A program made the translations under genes and the position numbers. Of a stretch of DNA of 64,000 bases, positions 37,250 to 47,791 are shown in pieces (position 1 is the first letter of the stretch; each line of letters starts with the position of its first letter). Below the pieces are notes generated by a model, which had not been told where the DNA came from, did not search any database, and worked only from the letters and a program-made list of their open reading frames with translations. Source of the DNA: a virus; IMG/VR virus record IMGVR_UViG_3300042863_000147, positions 25,267 to 89,266 of that record. One strand, given 5' to 3'.

Positions 37250-38908
37250 ATGCAAGAACACGAATATATCATAACATTACATAGATTTGAAGATTTAGAT
37301 TCTTTCTATGAAGATATGGAAACTCCTGGCGGAAATTTATATATTCCTAACAGAGCTATTGACGTTTCTGAGAGGAGACCGGTAAGTAGAAATACTCATT
37401 ATCGACTAACAGACGAGGAAGCAGAATCTATTAGGATGGATCCTCGGGTAATGGCAGTTGAACTAACACTCGATGCACAAGGTATTATAATAGAACCGTC
37501 ATGGACGCAGTCGGACACTGATTGGAACAAATCAGCATCAGTCTCCTCGTCTTATAAAAATTGGGGACTGCTGAGATGTGTTGAGGGACAGCAGAGGCCT
37601 AGTTGGGGTCTAAATGGTGTTACTGAGGTATCGGGAGAAATTAATGTAACTGCAAGCGGCAAAAATGTAGATATTGTAATAGTTGATGGACATATGAATC
37701 CTGGTCATCCGGAGTTTGCGGCAAATGTTGATGGTTCTGGGGGCACTAGAATTAAAGAGTTCAACTGGTTTTCCCTTAATCCTTTAGTAAGAGGTAGCGC
37801 ACCGGGGACATATGTTTACACTCCGTATATTGATGCTACGTATCCGGACGACAACGGTGACGGGTACTCTGATAGAACAATAGACAACGACCATGGCACA
37901 CATGTTGCAGGGATAGCAGCTGGCAATACACAGGGCTGGGCACACGATTCTAACATATATAATATAAGTCCTTACAGTAATTCCCCGAGCACTACTCCGT
38001 TTTTTTTAGATTATATAAAAGGTTGGCATCAAACTAAAGAAGTTAATCCGCTTACTGGAGTTAAGAATCCTACAATAACCAATCATAGTTACGCAATTGT
38101 TAGGGAAGTCTCGATAAGCACTATTGCTAGAGTTAGATATAGAGGTGCAATAATTGACGGACCATTTACATCTTCTCAATTATTAGGGTACGGAATTTAT
38201 AACACTGGAGGAATTGCAAAAATAGCTGCACGGAACACTGCGGTTGAGCAAGATCTAATTGACCTAATGAATGCAGGGATCATAGTTATAGGTGCTGCCG
38301 GCAATTTGTATTCTAAGATCAGCACTGAAACAGCACTAGTAAATGATGACTATAATAATTACATCGAAACAACTGGCTTAGATTATTATTTCTATCTTAG
38401 AGGTACTATTACCGCAGTAACTGGCTCAATTTGCGTTGGTGCAATTGGAGCATCAATTGATGATTCTAAACTTGATTTTAGTAATTGCGGCCCGCGAGTT
38501 GATGTTTATGCACCTGGAAGACACGTCATGAGTGCTGTAAATTCTGCAATTGGAGTATTCTCAAATGACGCTCGTGACACGTTATACAGGGTATCTAAAA
38601 AAACTGGAACATCGATGGCCTCCCCTCAAGTAGCCGGAATTGTTGCATGTTTGGCAGAAACTTGGCCTACTATGAAACAGTCTCAAGTACTGACGTATGT
38701 GCAGTCTCGTGCAAAAACAAATCAAATTACAGCAGGAAGATTAGGTCCTCGAGATTATACAGATTTACAGGGATCTTCAAATAGATTTTTATATTTTTAT
38801 AAAGAACGTTTGGATTCTGGCCAAGTGGGCCCTAAGTTAAATCTAGGAAATAGACCTACTTCTGGGCAGACTTGGCCTCGTCCTAAAATCTATAGATATG
38901 GAAGATAA
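37250..38908 (+). CDS. Subtilisin-like S8 serine protease
   Basis: VDIVIVDG, DHGTHVAGIAAG, GAAGN, GTSMASPQVAG catalytic motifs. Confidence 0.92.
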   Translation: MQEHEYIITLHRFEDLDSFYEDMETPGGNLYIPNRAIDVSERRPVSRNTHYRLTDEEAESIRMDPRVMAVELTLDAQGIIIEPSWTQSDTDWNKSASVSSSYKNWGLLRCVEGQQRPSWGLNGVTEVSGEINVTASGKNVDIVIVDGHMNPGHPEFAANVDGSGGTRIKEFNWFSLNPLVRGSAPGTYVYTPYIDATYPDDNGDGYSDRTIDNDHGTHVAGIAAGNTQGWAHDSNIYNISPYSNSPSTTPFFLDYIKGWHQTKEVNPLTGVKNPTITNHSYAIVREVSISTIARVRYRGAIIDGPFTSSQLLGYGIYNTGGIAKIAARNTAVEQDLIDLMNAGIIVIGAAGNLYSKISTETALVNDDYNNYIETTGLDYYFYLRGTITAVTGSICVGAIGASIDDSKLDFSNCGPRVDVYAPGRHVMSAVNSAIGVFSNDARDTLYRVSKKTGTSMASPQVAGIVACLAETWPTMKQSQVLTYVQSRAKTNQITAGRLGPRDYTDLQGSSNRFLYFYKERLDSGQVGPKLNLGNRPTSGQTWPRPKIYRYGR

Positions 38909-38940
38909 ACCGCTAATAAATTATATGGATAAATATCATC

Positions 38941-39573
38941 ATGGAAGATAAAAATATGAGCAATTTAGTAAACGAATCTGGTGGAGTTGGAATACAAGGT
39001 CACATTAAGATTTTTGATCCAGTATCTAATGAAGTATTTGTTAATAAAAGAAATGCGATTCATTATGAAAATTTTAGTATTGCATTGGCCCAAAGTATTG
39101 CAAATCAGGGAGAGGGTACTATTGCAGAAATGGTATTCGGAAATGGTGGTAGCAGAATTGATCAAACCGGTATAATTACATATCTAACACCTAATAGTAC
39201 TGGCAATATTGCTGCACTATATAATCAAACCTACTATAAAACTGTAGATGCAAGGCAATCTTATTCATTGGATCCTGCTAGAAATTTTATGGAAACTAGA
39301 CACATTGCAGGGGTAGCCTATACCGATGTATTAGTCAGTTGTTTATTAGATTTTGGCGAGCCGAGCGATCAAGCAGCATTTGACAATGCTACTAATTCAG
39401 ATGGAAGTTATGTATTTGATGAATTAGGTCTAAAGGCATTTAGTGCAGAAGGTCCTAACACAGGAATGCTATTAACTCATGTTATTTTCCATCCTGTACA
39501 AAAAAGTTTGAACAGATTGATTCAAATTGATTATACAATAAGAATTCAGAGCTTGAGTAATATTGGGAACTAA
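38941..39573 (+). CDS. Conserved tail/baseplate-associated protein
   Basis: GHIKIFDP, NAIH, FDELGL, THVIFHPVQKSLNR; structural operon. Confidence 0.6.
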   Translation: MEDKNMSNLVNESGGVGIQGHIKIFDPVSNEVFVNKRNAIHYENFSIALAQSIANQGEGTIAEMVFGNGGSRIDQTGIITYLTPNSTGNIAALYNQTYYKTVDARQSYSLDPARNFMETRHIAGVAYTDVLVSCLLDFGEPSDQAAFDNATNSDGSYVFDELGLKAFSAEGPNTGMLLTHVIFHPVQKSLNRLIQIDYTIRIQSLSNIGN

Positions 39574-39575
39574 TC

Positions 39576-41309
39576 ATGGCTACGCAATATATACTAAATT
39601 TTTCAGACCCGAGTAAAACTGCCACTATATCGGTGCAGGGTTCTACTAGAAATAATTACGATACCAGTTTAGATCTTGTCGGGCCCGGGTACGTTAGTTA
39701 CGGACAAGCTATTGCACAAGATTTCCTAAAACTTTTAGAAAATTTCTCAAGTCCTAATGCTCCTATAAATCCGATTGAAGGGCAGCTATGGTACGACACT
39801 AGTAACCCTAATAGAAAAATATTGAGAGTTAATAATGGGGATACTAATAGTGCTAGATGGCCAAGTGCAAACGGTATATACCAGCAAGCAAATGATCCCA
39901 GCATAGAATATAGTCAAAATTTAGTTGATGGTGATGTTTGGGTTGATACCGGAAATACACAGCTTAAAATTAGATACGGCGACTCTTGGACATTAGTTGG
40001 ACCAAATGTATCAACTGGGAATGCAAAAACAGGAAATGAAACTGTTCAGTTAATAAGCAATACAGGGGATACTTATCCAGTAATCTTAAATTGGGTCAAT
40101 GGTAAGGTTGTAGAAATTATATCCTACAATAGTTTTACTCCTAGAACAGTTATTGACGGATTTGGAACAATTGCAGCAGGCACAAATTTAACAAATAAAG
40201 CATCTGCAAAGTATAACGGTCTAACTGATCGAGCTAAATCATTAGAAATCTCCCCTGGCGTAGTTGTGTTGGCCAGTGAAGTATTAAAGAATAGAATTCC
40301 TGCCGCTACTCGGCAAACTCACCAGGGTACCCTTGTTGTTGAATCTCCTCAAGGATTAATTGTTAAACGTCAGGCAGGTTTTGAATTACAAGTTTATACT
40401 ACGTCATCCGGTGCTGTTATTAATTACGAAAATAGTAACTCTGCGTTAAAAGTTGGTATTTACGATAGAGCTTACATAAAGTTTAATGGCACCAATGGCA
40501 ACATAGGAATTAACACTTCTACAGTAGGAAGTGAAGCACTATCAGTTAACGGGGCCGCTACATTTAAAGATTACGTAACTATAACATCTGCAAACTCAAC
40601 TACAGTTGGTCTTTCTGTCAATAGTCGTACATCTATTGCAGGAGACATTACAGCATCTGGAAATTTATTAGTATCAGGTCTAACTACGGTATCTAATACA
40701 TTAACCGTTAAAGATGTTATTCCTAGCACATTAACAGCATCTCTAGGATCAGCAACCAATCCGTTTGAAAGTGTGTATGTTAAGAACATCGGCAGTTCGA
40801 CTACCTATGTTAGAATTTTTGGTAGTGTAACTACTGCAACATCATTAGAAACTGCTAGGAACTTTAGCATTGAAGGTGTAATAGAAGCCGATGCAGGAAC
40901 TTTCAACGGATACAAAAATGTTGTTTTTACAGCAACTGCTCATAAAAGTTTAATAACTGGTTTAGCTACTACAGCATCGACTAACTTAACACAGACGTTA
41001 ATGGTAATTGATACTTCTACAGTAGGAAGCTCTTTACAAAGTATTGCAAAACGAGATTTCTTGTCAGATGTTTATCCTAATCTGATTCAAACTGGTATGA
41101 TCATGCCGTTTGTAACATCATCAACATACTCTGGTTGGTTGTTCTGTAATGGGGCAGAATACTTCGGAACAGATTACACTGCTTTATCTGTACTACTTGG
41201 CACAAGTTATGGTACTGCATCTGCTGGATATTTTAGAATTCCTGATTTAACCACTGCTACAATTTCTGGGACAAACGGGTATCCTATCTTTTATCATATA
41301 AAAACATAA
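39576..41309 (+). CDS. Tail fibre-like protein with C-terminal tail-collar domain
   Basis: TSLDLVG...LLENF...EGQLWYD N-terminus; GMIMPF...GWLFCNG...LG..YG...FRIPDL. Confidence 0.75.
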   Translation: MATQYILNFSDPSKTATISVQGSTRNNYDTSLDLVGPGYVSYGQAIAQDFLKLLENFSSPNAPINPIEGQLWYDTSNPNRKILRVNNGDTNSARWPSANGIYQQANDPSIEYSQNLVDGDVWVDTGNTQLKIRYGDSWTLVGPNVSTGNAKTGNETVQLISNTGDTYPVILNWVNGKVVEIISYNSFTPRTVIDGFGTIAAGTNLTNKASAKYNGLTDRAKSLEISPGVVVLASEVLKNRIPAATRQTHQGTLVVESPQGLIVKRQAGFELQVYTTSSGAVINYENSNSALKVGIYDRAYIKFNGTNGNIGINTSTVGSEALSVNGAATFKDYVTITSANSTTVGLSVNSRTSIAGDITASGNLLVSGLTTVSNTLTVKDVIPSTLTASLGSATNPFESVYVKNIGSSTTYVRIFGSVTTATSLETARNFSIEGVIEADAGTFNGYKNVVFTATAHKSLITGLATTASTNLTQTLMVIDTSTVGSSLQSIAKRDFLSDVYPNLIQTGMIMPFVTSSTYSGWLFCNGAEYFGTDYTALSVLLGTSYGTASAGYFRIPDLTTATISGTNGYPIFYHIKT

Positions 41310-41310
41310 A

Positions 41311-42678
41311 ATGGCCTACACAATTTACAACACCGACGGAACCGTATTATCAACTATTGCAGTAGGAGAAGTTGATAATTTTTCTACCAGCTTAGACTTG
41401 ATAGGAAAAAATGTTAATAACTACGGTGAATATTACAACAATAATTTAGTAAAGTTATTGACTAATTTTGCATCAGTTGAATCTGAAGAACCTAGCCAGC
41501 CTCAGACTGGACAGCTTTGGTATAACAAAACAGAGAAACAGTTAAAGATATTTGATAACGGTTTTCGGTCAGTAGGTGGAGCATCTGTTTCAGGAACTCC
41601 GCCGGTTAGTGCAACAACTGGCACAACTGGTACAATATGGTTTAACACCATCGACGGGCAATTAGAAATATGGGATGGCAGACAATTTAATCTAATTGGT
41701 CCGGCAACTTCAAAGTTGTTGGGAAAATTTGGCATACTTCCTGCGGCATCTCCAATTCGAGATAACGAAACTAAACTCGCTCAGAAGGCAAGTTTAATAC
41801 ACTCTTACGGTAGTTATGTAGGTCTTATTACTACTGCATCGTTCATCATGGAAACTTCATCTGCGACGCTCTATCTCAATCGTGGGGAACCGCAGTATAT
41901 CAAGAACGGTATTACAGTATTCAATGATTTAGAAGTTAAAGGCAATTTGTATATTGATGGGTGGGATGTAAAAAATCATCCAAATATTGATCTTAGTGCA
42001 TTTTATAATATAACACCTTTTGGTACATTTACTGCAACTATGACTACGAGTAGTTTTAGTTTAACCAATACTAACTTGCTGGCGTACAATGCTGCAAATT
42101 ATGCAATTTCCCAAGACCTGGCAAGGATGTTTGACATTACTAGATATGCAGTAGGTTCAAGGGTGTCTGTTGTTTGCACATATAACACATCGACATCTGT
42201 AAGAAGATTTGAGCTTATGCGTACTTTCCTTCAACAGAACTACGGATGGTGGGAACCGCTAAATGACTATAGATACACTTTTACAGCTACATCTACATCT
42301 ACAGTTGGCCATGTTAATTGGTTATGGACTAACACTACATTTACTAATATTGTTCATCCAGCATGGAATGAAATAATAAGAACAGACAGTACTGCTTCTA
42401 CAAGTAATACATTTATAGATCCTATTCCTGTAGATACTCCTTTCTATATTAAAATAACAGGCGGAGTTCCTGATAGTAAATTTACGTTAGCTGCATTAGC
42501 ACCACTTGATACAACTGTTCTAAATGGAACGTTAGATACTAATGGCGCATTTACTACAGCTTCGATTGTGACTTCGTCGATTCAGCCTGTGACTACATCT
42601 GTGGTATATACATATAATGCTACATTTGCAGCAACTAACCATGTTAGACAGATGCAATTTACAATTGTACGACCATAA
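41311..42678 (+). CDS. Tail fibre-like paralog
   Basis: Same N-terminal module; Thr-rich C-terminus. Confidence 0.65.
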   Translation: MAYTIYNTDGTVLSTIAVGEVDNFSTSLDLIGKNVNNYGEYYNNNLVKLLTNFASVESEEPSQPQTGQLWYNKTEKQLKIFDNGFRSVGGASVSGTPPVSATTGTTGTIWFNTIDGQLEIWDGRQFNLIGPATSKLLGKFGILPAASPIRDNETKLAQKASLIHSYGSYVGLITTASFIMETSSATLYLNRGEPQYIKNGITVFNDLEVKGNLYIDGWDVKNHPNIDLSAFYNITPFGTFTATMTTSSFSLTNTNLLAYNAANYAISQDLARMFDITRYAVGSRVSVVCTYNTSTSVRRFELMRTFLQQNYGWWEPLNDYRYTFTATSTSTVGHVNWLWTNTTFTNIVHPAWNEIIRTDSTASTSNTFIDPIPVDTPFYIKITGGVPDSKFTLAALAPLDTTVLNGTLDTNGAFTTASIVTSSIQPVTTSVVYTYNATFAATNHVRQMQFTIVRP

Positions 42679-42687
42679 GGACATTTG

Positions 42688-43962
42688 ATGCCATATACTC
42701 TTAATAAAACAAACGGTACTCCGATTGCTGTGGTGCAAGATGCATCATTAGATCAAACTACAAGTCTTACTTTTTTAGGAAGAAATTATTCGGGCTATGG
42801 GGAAATCCAGAATGAAAATTTTTTAAAACTATTAGAAAATTTTGCTAATACAAATCCGCCTAATAAAATTAACTTAGAAGGACAGTTGTGGTATGACACT
42901 GCGTCTAAATCATTAAATGTGTATGACAACACAAATTGGAAATCTATTGCAAATATAGAAGTCACAAATTCTGATCCTTCGGTATTAAAAGGACCGGTAA
43001 CTGGGAATCTATGGTACGATACACTAAATGACCAATTAAATGTTTGGTCCGGCTCAGAATATATACTTGTGGGGCCACAGTCTGGCTCTAGGATAAAGGC
43101 CCAATGGAAAGGTGACTTTGAATACGATGCCCTGGCACCTGGCCTTCCTGTATATAACGCTAAGGCAGTAATTGGAGCAGATAACGAGGTAATTGCAATA
43201 GTATCTGCAGAAACCTACGATATGCCAGAGTACGATCTAGTAACTGAGTTTCCAGAATATAAAAGTCGAACTGAAACATTTACTAGAATCTCAAAAGGGA
43301 TAACACTAGCAGGTGCTGATCCTGTAACTGGTTCGAGTAGAAAAGAAGTAACTGGGCTAACTACTAGCAGCTATTTCTGGGGAACTGCCGCCGAAGCACT
43401 TGTTGCTGTGTCTGCGCAAACAGCCGATACGGCAAACGGAATAACACCTACAGTTAATTCTGAAAATAGATCATTTAAGTTACCGTTCTTTGATGTTGCA
43501 AACGGTCTTGCCTATTACGATGCAAATAGCCTAAGTTATAATCCATCAACTAATATACTTACTACAATTGCATCTTCAGCACTATATGCCGATATTGCAG
43601 AACGTTACGAAGCAGATGCAGTGTATGAACCCGGCACTGTTTTAATGCACGGTGGTGAAAAAGAAGTAACTATTGCCTGTTATGCTGCTACGACCGCAGT
43701 AGCTGGCATTGTCTCTACAAAACCGGCATATATGATGAATTCTGAGGCAGGAACCGATGAAACACACCCCTATATTGCCTTAAAAGGCCGTGTTCCGTGC
43801 AAGATTTGTGGCTCTGTTAAGAAAGGTGACCTACTAGTTGCCAGCGGATATAAACCAGGATATGCTGTTAAAAAACAAGACCATGACAGTTCGGACGCTG
43901 TAATAGGAAAAGCCCTACAAGATTTTGCAGGGCCCTTTGGAGTCATCGAAGTTAAAGTTTAA
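42688..43962 (+). CDS. Tail fibre-like paralog with C-terminal autoproteolytic/chaperone-like domain
   Basis: Same N-terminal module; YADIAERYEAD, IALKGRVPCK, VKKGDLLV, VIGKAL. Confidence 0.7.
   Translation: MPYTLNKTNGTPIAVVQDASLDQTTSLTFLGRNYSGYGEIQNENFLKLLENFANTNPPNKINLEGQLWYDTASKSLNVYDNTNWKSIANIEVTNSDPSVLKGPVTGNLWYDTLNDQLNVWSGSEYILVGPQSGSRIKAQWKGDFEYDALAPGLPVYNAKAVIGADNEVIAIVSAETYDMPEYDLVTEFPEYKSRTETFTRISKGITLAGADPVTGSSRKEVTGLTTSSYFWGTAAEALVAVSAQTADTANGITPTVNSENRSFKLPFFDVANGLAYYDANSLSYNPSTNILTTIASSALYADIAERYEADAVYEPGTVLMHGGEKEVTIACYAATTAVAGIVSTKPAYMMNSEAGTDETHPYIALKGRVPCKICGSVKKGDLLVASGYKPGYAVKKQDHDSSDAVIGKALQDFAGPFGVIEVKV
43908..43933 (-). terminator. Intrinsic terminator for thyA, inside the opposite-strand CDS
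   Basis: GCCCUGCAA-AAUC-UUGUAGGGC-UUUU ~25 nt after thyA stop. Confidence 0.55.
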
Positions 43963-44840
43963 ACAGCCATCGGTGCTTTGATAGTATCGTGGCTTGAATA
44001 ACCTTCTAGCCAAATATCTTCCATAGTGAATTTATTAATGTCTGCAACAACTGGATTTATTTGCAACACAGGTAACGGTAAAGGTTCTCGACTGAGTTGT
44101 TCCTTTACCTGATCAATATGATTTTCATATATGTGTGCATCACCTAGCACAATAACTAGCTCACCGACTTCTAAGTTACACACTTGTGCTAGCAAACTAG
44201 TGAATAGTGCATAGGATGCAATGTTAAACGGAACCCCGAGAAACATGTCTGCACTCCGTTGATACATTTGACAACTTAATTTTTTATCTTGGCTAACATA
44301 AAATTGTGCCATCATATGACACGGTGGTAGCGCCATTAATTCTAATTCGCCGGGATTCCATGCACTAATAACATGTCTTCGACTGTATGGATCATTTACG
44401 AGACCGTTAATCAAATTTTGTAATTGATCGATATGTTTGACGCCCATTCGATTTGCACCGAAGACGGGCGCCCGCCATGTTCGCCATTGTACTCCATATA
44501 CTCGTCCCAGATCTCCTTTGAATTTTGACCTAGGTTGCCAGTATTTTGCATCTGCATTATCTGACCAAATAGTCTTCTTGTCGCTATTGGGATCTCCGTG
44601 CAATAATTCTTTCAATTTACGTTCATCACCGCTGCCTTGTATAAACCAAAGAAGTTCTGAGAGCATAGATTTCCATGCTAGTTTTTTGGTAGTAATCGCT
44701 GGAAATCCCTGTTGCAGATTAAATCTCATCTGAACTCCGAACTTGCTGATAGTTCCAACACCTGTTCTATCGGGTCTGTGCTCCCCGGTTTCTAAAATAT
44801 CTTTAAGTGCGTTAAGATATGCGTGTTCTGAATGTCTCAT
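43959..44840 (-). CDS. thyA: Thymidylate synthase
   Basis: DRTGVGT, ELLWF, YGVQWR, MALPPCH, YQRSADMFLGVPFNIASY, DAHIY. Confidence 0.97.
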   Translation of the reverse strand: MRHSEHAYLNALKDILETGEHRPDRTGVGTISKFGVQMRFNLQQGFPAITTKKLAWKSMLSELLWFIQGSGDERKLKELLHGDPNSDKKTIWSDNADAKYWQPRSKFKGDLGRVYGVQWRTWRAPVFGANRMGVKHIDQLQNLINGLVNDPYSRRHVISAWNPGELELMALPPCHMMAQFYVSQDKKLSCQMYQRSADMFLGVPFNIASYALFTSLLAQVCNLEVGELVIVLGDAHIYENHIDQVKEQLSREPLPLPVLQINPVVADINKFTMEDIWLEGYSSHDTIKAPMAV

Positions 44841-45313
44841 ATGTTGTACTCTTTTATTGTATATTTTATTGGATCATTAAGTATAGCGTGTTCCTTGACC
44901 TTTGTAAAGTTTTCTTTTACATATGTGAGATTGAAGAATTTATCGCACTCGTAGTCTGCATCAATTTCAGTAATGTAAAATCTATCAACGATATCAAGAT
45001 ATGCCTCATAAACGGCACTTCCGCCAATAATGAATATTTCCTTGTCGGGATATTCTACAGCACAAAAATCTAGTGCAGCACCGCAGTCATTGAAGGTATG
45101 ATCGCCTAGCTCTCTTTTCCTGCTTATTACTACATTAATTCTATTAGGTAAAGACTTTCCTAAACTGTCATATGTAGTTGAGCCCATAATGACAATTTGA
45201 TTAGTTGTCATTTTTTTAAACCACGACATATCACCTTTAAGGTGAGGCCAGGGCATTTGACCATTAAATCCTATGCCCTGGTTGCGTTCAACTGCAACTA
45301 AACAGTTAATCAT
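44837..45313 (-). CDS. folA: Dihydrofolate reductase
   Basis: GIG..GQMPW.HLKGD..WFK, IMGSTT, LPNRINVV, IIGG, CDKFF. Confidence 0.95.
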   Translation of the reverse strand: MINCLVAVERNQGIGFNGQMPWPHLKGDMSWFKKMTTNQIVIMGSTTYDSLGKSLPNRINVVISRKRELGDHTFNDCGAALDFCAVEYPDKEIFIIGGSAVYEAYLDIVDRFYITEIDADYECDKFFNLTYVKENFTKVKEHAILNDPIKYTIKEYNI

Positions 45314-45915
45314 TAAGCCTCGGCTTTTGTTGCCTTAGCAGCCTTCTTAACAGGCGGCTCAATTTCATCTGCTTTCTTGCGAAGATTCTGCGCTTCTTTG
45401 AACAACTTATCTGCCATGGACCGTAAGTCAGATGCAGTAACCGGTGCTTCTGCAACCTTCGGACTAGTATCAACAACGATCTCATCAACAATAATTTCTT
45501 CCTTGGGCTTAGTCTTTGCAACCTTCCGCTGACCTTCTTCAGTAACAGCAAGATCTTCGACACTTACGCCTTTTTGTTCAGCAATCATAACATTCAATTC
45601 ATTTAGCGGAATAGATTGTTGATTGTTCGGAGTCATTAATACAAGAGTCGTTGGAACTTTCTTTAAGTGTCCCCCTGCATGTAACCATTGTAACATTACG
45701 GTACCATCTGGGAATCTACGAGTAGCTAGGACGTCTGCTAGTTCGTTTGCTTGCTGACCAGTGTCGCTTTGGATAAGATCCATGAGGGCATCGTGATATG
45801 CGTCTCCGAGACCATTAGTACCAATTACTAACGCACTATTTGCATCGTCCGGTATTGTTCTGTATGCTACTGCAATTCTTGCAGAGTTATTTTTCATTTT
45901 TCCCACATGTTTCAT
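45313..45915 (-). CDS. Hypothetical phage protein
   Basis: 200-aa ORF, AAGGAG RBS, abuts DHFR. Confidence 0.75.
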   Translation of the reverse strand: MKHVGKMKNNSARIAVAYRTIPDDANSALVIGTNGLGDAYHDALMDLIQSDTGQQANELADVLATRRFPDGTVMLQWLHAGGHLKKVPTTLVLMTPNNQQSIPLNELNVMIAEQKGVSVEDLAVTEEGQRKVAKTKPKEEIIVDEIVVDTSPKVAEAPVTASDLRSMADKLFKEAQNLRKKADEIEPPVKKAAKATKAEA

Positions 45916-45925
45916 GTGATTCTCC

Positions 45926-46147
45926 TTATTGTGCCGGTGTATCGGTCTTTGGCGGATTTACAGCATTTAAGAACGTGTTCAATCTATCAAACGCCGCACC
46001 GACAGCTGATACTTCCGATGCACCGAATGCACCTCGGCGGACTGCAACATCTAAGATTGATCGAAGATTTACTAAATCTGTGATTGTTAATTCTGGTGCA
46101 GCACTTTGGGTAGATTCAGGTGCTTGGGTCTGTTCAGTATTTTCCAT
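45926..46147 (-). CDS. Hypothetical protein
   Basis: 73 aa, AAGGA RBS, operon context. Confidence 0.7.
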   Translation of the reverse strand: MENTEQTQAPESTQSAAPELTITDLVNLRSILDVAVRRGAFGASEVSAVGAAFDRLNTFLNAVNPPKTDTPAQ

Positions 46148-46148
46148 T

Positions 46149-46439
46149 TTAAAATTCCTTTTTTGTATGTAAGTAATGACACCCTAATGATAACATGGTT
46201 AATTCCTTTGGATCTTCTAAACCTATTTCTATAGATTCGACAATTTTTCTAGATCCGTTTAGACTGTATCCCATCTTAATTGAATATCGACTGTTTAAGT
46301 TATATTCTATCCAATGTTCTATAGCTTTGACATCTACCTTGTAATCAATAGAGAGTTTGGAAAAATGTTCTGGGATAAATGGTAATTTTCTAAACCCCAA
46401 AACATTTAACGCATTAACTGTCCCTCTATTTAGCGACAT
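46149..46439 (-). CDS. Hypothetical protein
   Basis: 96 aa; TATAAATA at 46453-46460 upstream. Confidence 0.65.
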   Translation of the reverse strand: MSLNRGTVNALNVLGFRKLPFIPEHFSKLSIDYKVDVKAIEHWIEYNLNSRYSIKMGYSLNGSRKIVESIEIGLEDPKELTMLSLGCHYLHTKKEF

Positions 46440-46451
46440 TATATACCTACT

Positions 46452-47711
46452 TTATTTATAATAGGCAGTCTGGCCGAACGGAGAAACGATTGCTTCTGTG
46501 CCGTGAATAACAAACAAAGTGTCGCAATAGTCTTCATCGCCCCAGGAACCGCAAGGATATCCGTCTGTGAACATAATAAACTTCTTAGGCTGAATGTCAT
46601 TTTCCTTCATGAATTCCCAGTTTGCATCAAAGTCAGTACCGCCGCCACCTTTAACATCGTAGCTCATAATATCGTCGGCACTATCACCTGTAAATTGTGC
46701 ATAGTTATACACTTGAGTGTCGAAGCACCACAGGTCCAATTTAAAGTCCTGATACTCGTCCATAATACCCTTAACTTCGCTCAGGAAGTCTTTAGCCATA
46801 GCATCACTAATAGATCCGCTCATGTCAATTGCGACAGAAACGTCAATGGTATCTTGGTTCATCATGCCGGGCAAAATAGCACCGCATTGTTGGCTCTTAC
46901 GGTTTGGGCGAGCAAAGCTGTAATTGCTTTTTAGAATACTTTGGATATTCATACGCAACAGTTGGCGCCAGTCCATCTTTGGCTCAGTGAAGTCCTTGAT
47001 CATTCGAGCAATGGCACCTGGCATTTTACCAGCACCTGCTGATTGTGCAGCCGCTACCATAGCTTCTTTAATCTCATCACGGATCTGCTTCCTTTCCTCA
47101 GCAGTCAGTCTAGGGCGACCCTTACCACTGCCGTCTTGATCACCATCTTCGCCTTCTCCGTCACCATCGCCTTCTCCGTCCAAGTGCTCGTCTAACAGTT
47201 CGCCAAGTTGGCTCAGATCAATCTTGTCGGCCTTTTCGTACAGATCGTTATAAATTTCTTCGTAGCTCTTTCCACGATACTTGTCGTCCTGGAAGATCTT
47301 AATAAGACTAGGCACTGTACCGATTCGTTCGTCTTTAAGGATTTGGTTAGTAGCAAAGTCTGCCGCAATGTTAGACAGTTGAGGATCGCGACCTTCACGA
47401 CGACCCATGTGATCAAACACATTATGGAGGACTTCGTGTGCGAACCCGAATTCGCACTCTTTAGGGTTCAGCTTATTAACAAATCCAAGATTGTAATAAA
47501 AATTACGACCGTCAGTTGCAAGAGTCTGACACCAGTCTCCTGCTTCAATCATTTTCATCCGTGTTGCAAGGTTACCAAAGAATGGATGACGCAACAGAAG
47601 ACCAACACGGGCAGTAATCAGTTTGTCCAGAATCTTAGCTTTCTCAGACGGACTAAATTCTTGCTTGGCCCAATCTTGCTTTTTAACTTTTTCAGTCTTC
47701 ATTACTGTCAT
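46452..47711 (-). CDS. Metallopeptidase-vWA protein (MoxR partner)
   Basis: TLATDG, HEVLH, acidic linker, MIDAS DMSGS, GGGGTDF, FTDG. Confidence 0.88.
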   Translation of the reverse strand: MTVMKTEKVKKQDWAKQEFSPSEKAKILDKLITARVGLLLRHPFFGNLATRMKMIEAGDWCQTLATDGRNFYYNLGFVNKLNPKECEFGFAHEVLHNVFDHMGRREGRDPQLSNIAADFATNQILKDERIGTVPSLIKIFQDDKYRGKSYEEIYNDLYEKADKIDLSQLGELLDEHLDGEGDGDGEGEDGDQDGSGKGRPRLTAEERKQIRDEIKEAMVAAAQSAGAGKMPGAIARMIKDFTEPKMDWRQLLRMNIQSILKSNYSFARPNRKSQQCGAILPGMMNQDTIDVSVAIDMSGSISDAMAKDFLSEVKGIMDEYQDFKLDLWCFDTQVYNYAQFTGDSADDIMSYDVKGGGGTDFDANWEFMKENDIQPKKFIMFTDGYPCGSWGDEDYCDTLFVIHGTEAIVSPFGQTAYYK

Positions 47712-47735
47712 AATAGTTCCTTGTTAATACATACA

Positions 47736-47764
47736 ATTATATATTCATTTTGCTCAAAGAGCAA
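47736..47764 (-). promoter_or_regulatory. Sigma70-like promoter for vWA gene
   Basis: TTGCTC-N17-TATAAT. Confidence 0.5.
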
Positions 47765-47766
47765 GC

Positions 47767-47787
47767 AAAAAGGGCCCCGAAGGGCCC
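47767..47787 (-). terminator. Intrinsic terminator with UUCG tetraloop
   Basis: GGGCCC-UUCG-GGGCCC-UUUUU right after the ATPase stop. Confidence 0.85.
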
Positions 47788-47791
47788 AATT

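Noticed and set aside
43959-44840. dNMP hydroxymethylase as the glycosyltransferase partner
   Set aside because: Canonical ThyA motifs including the dUMP-specific Asn, and paired with DHFR
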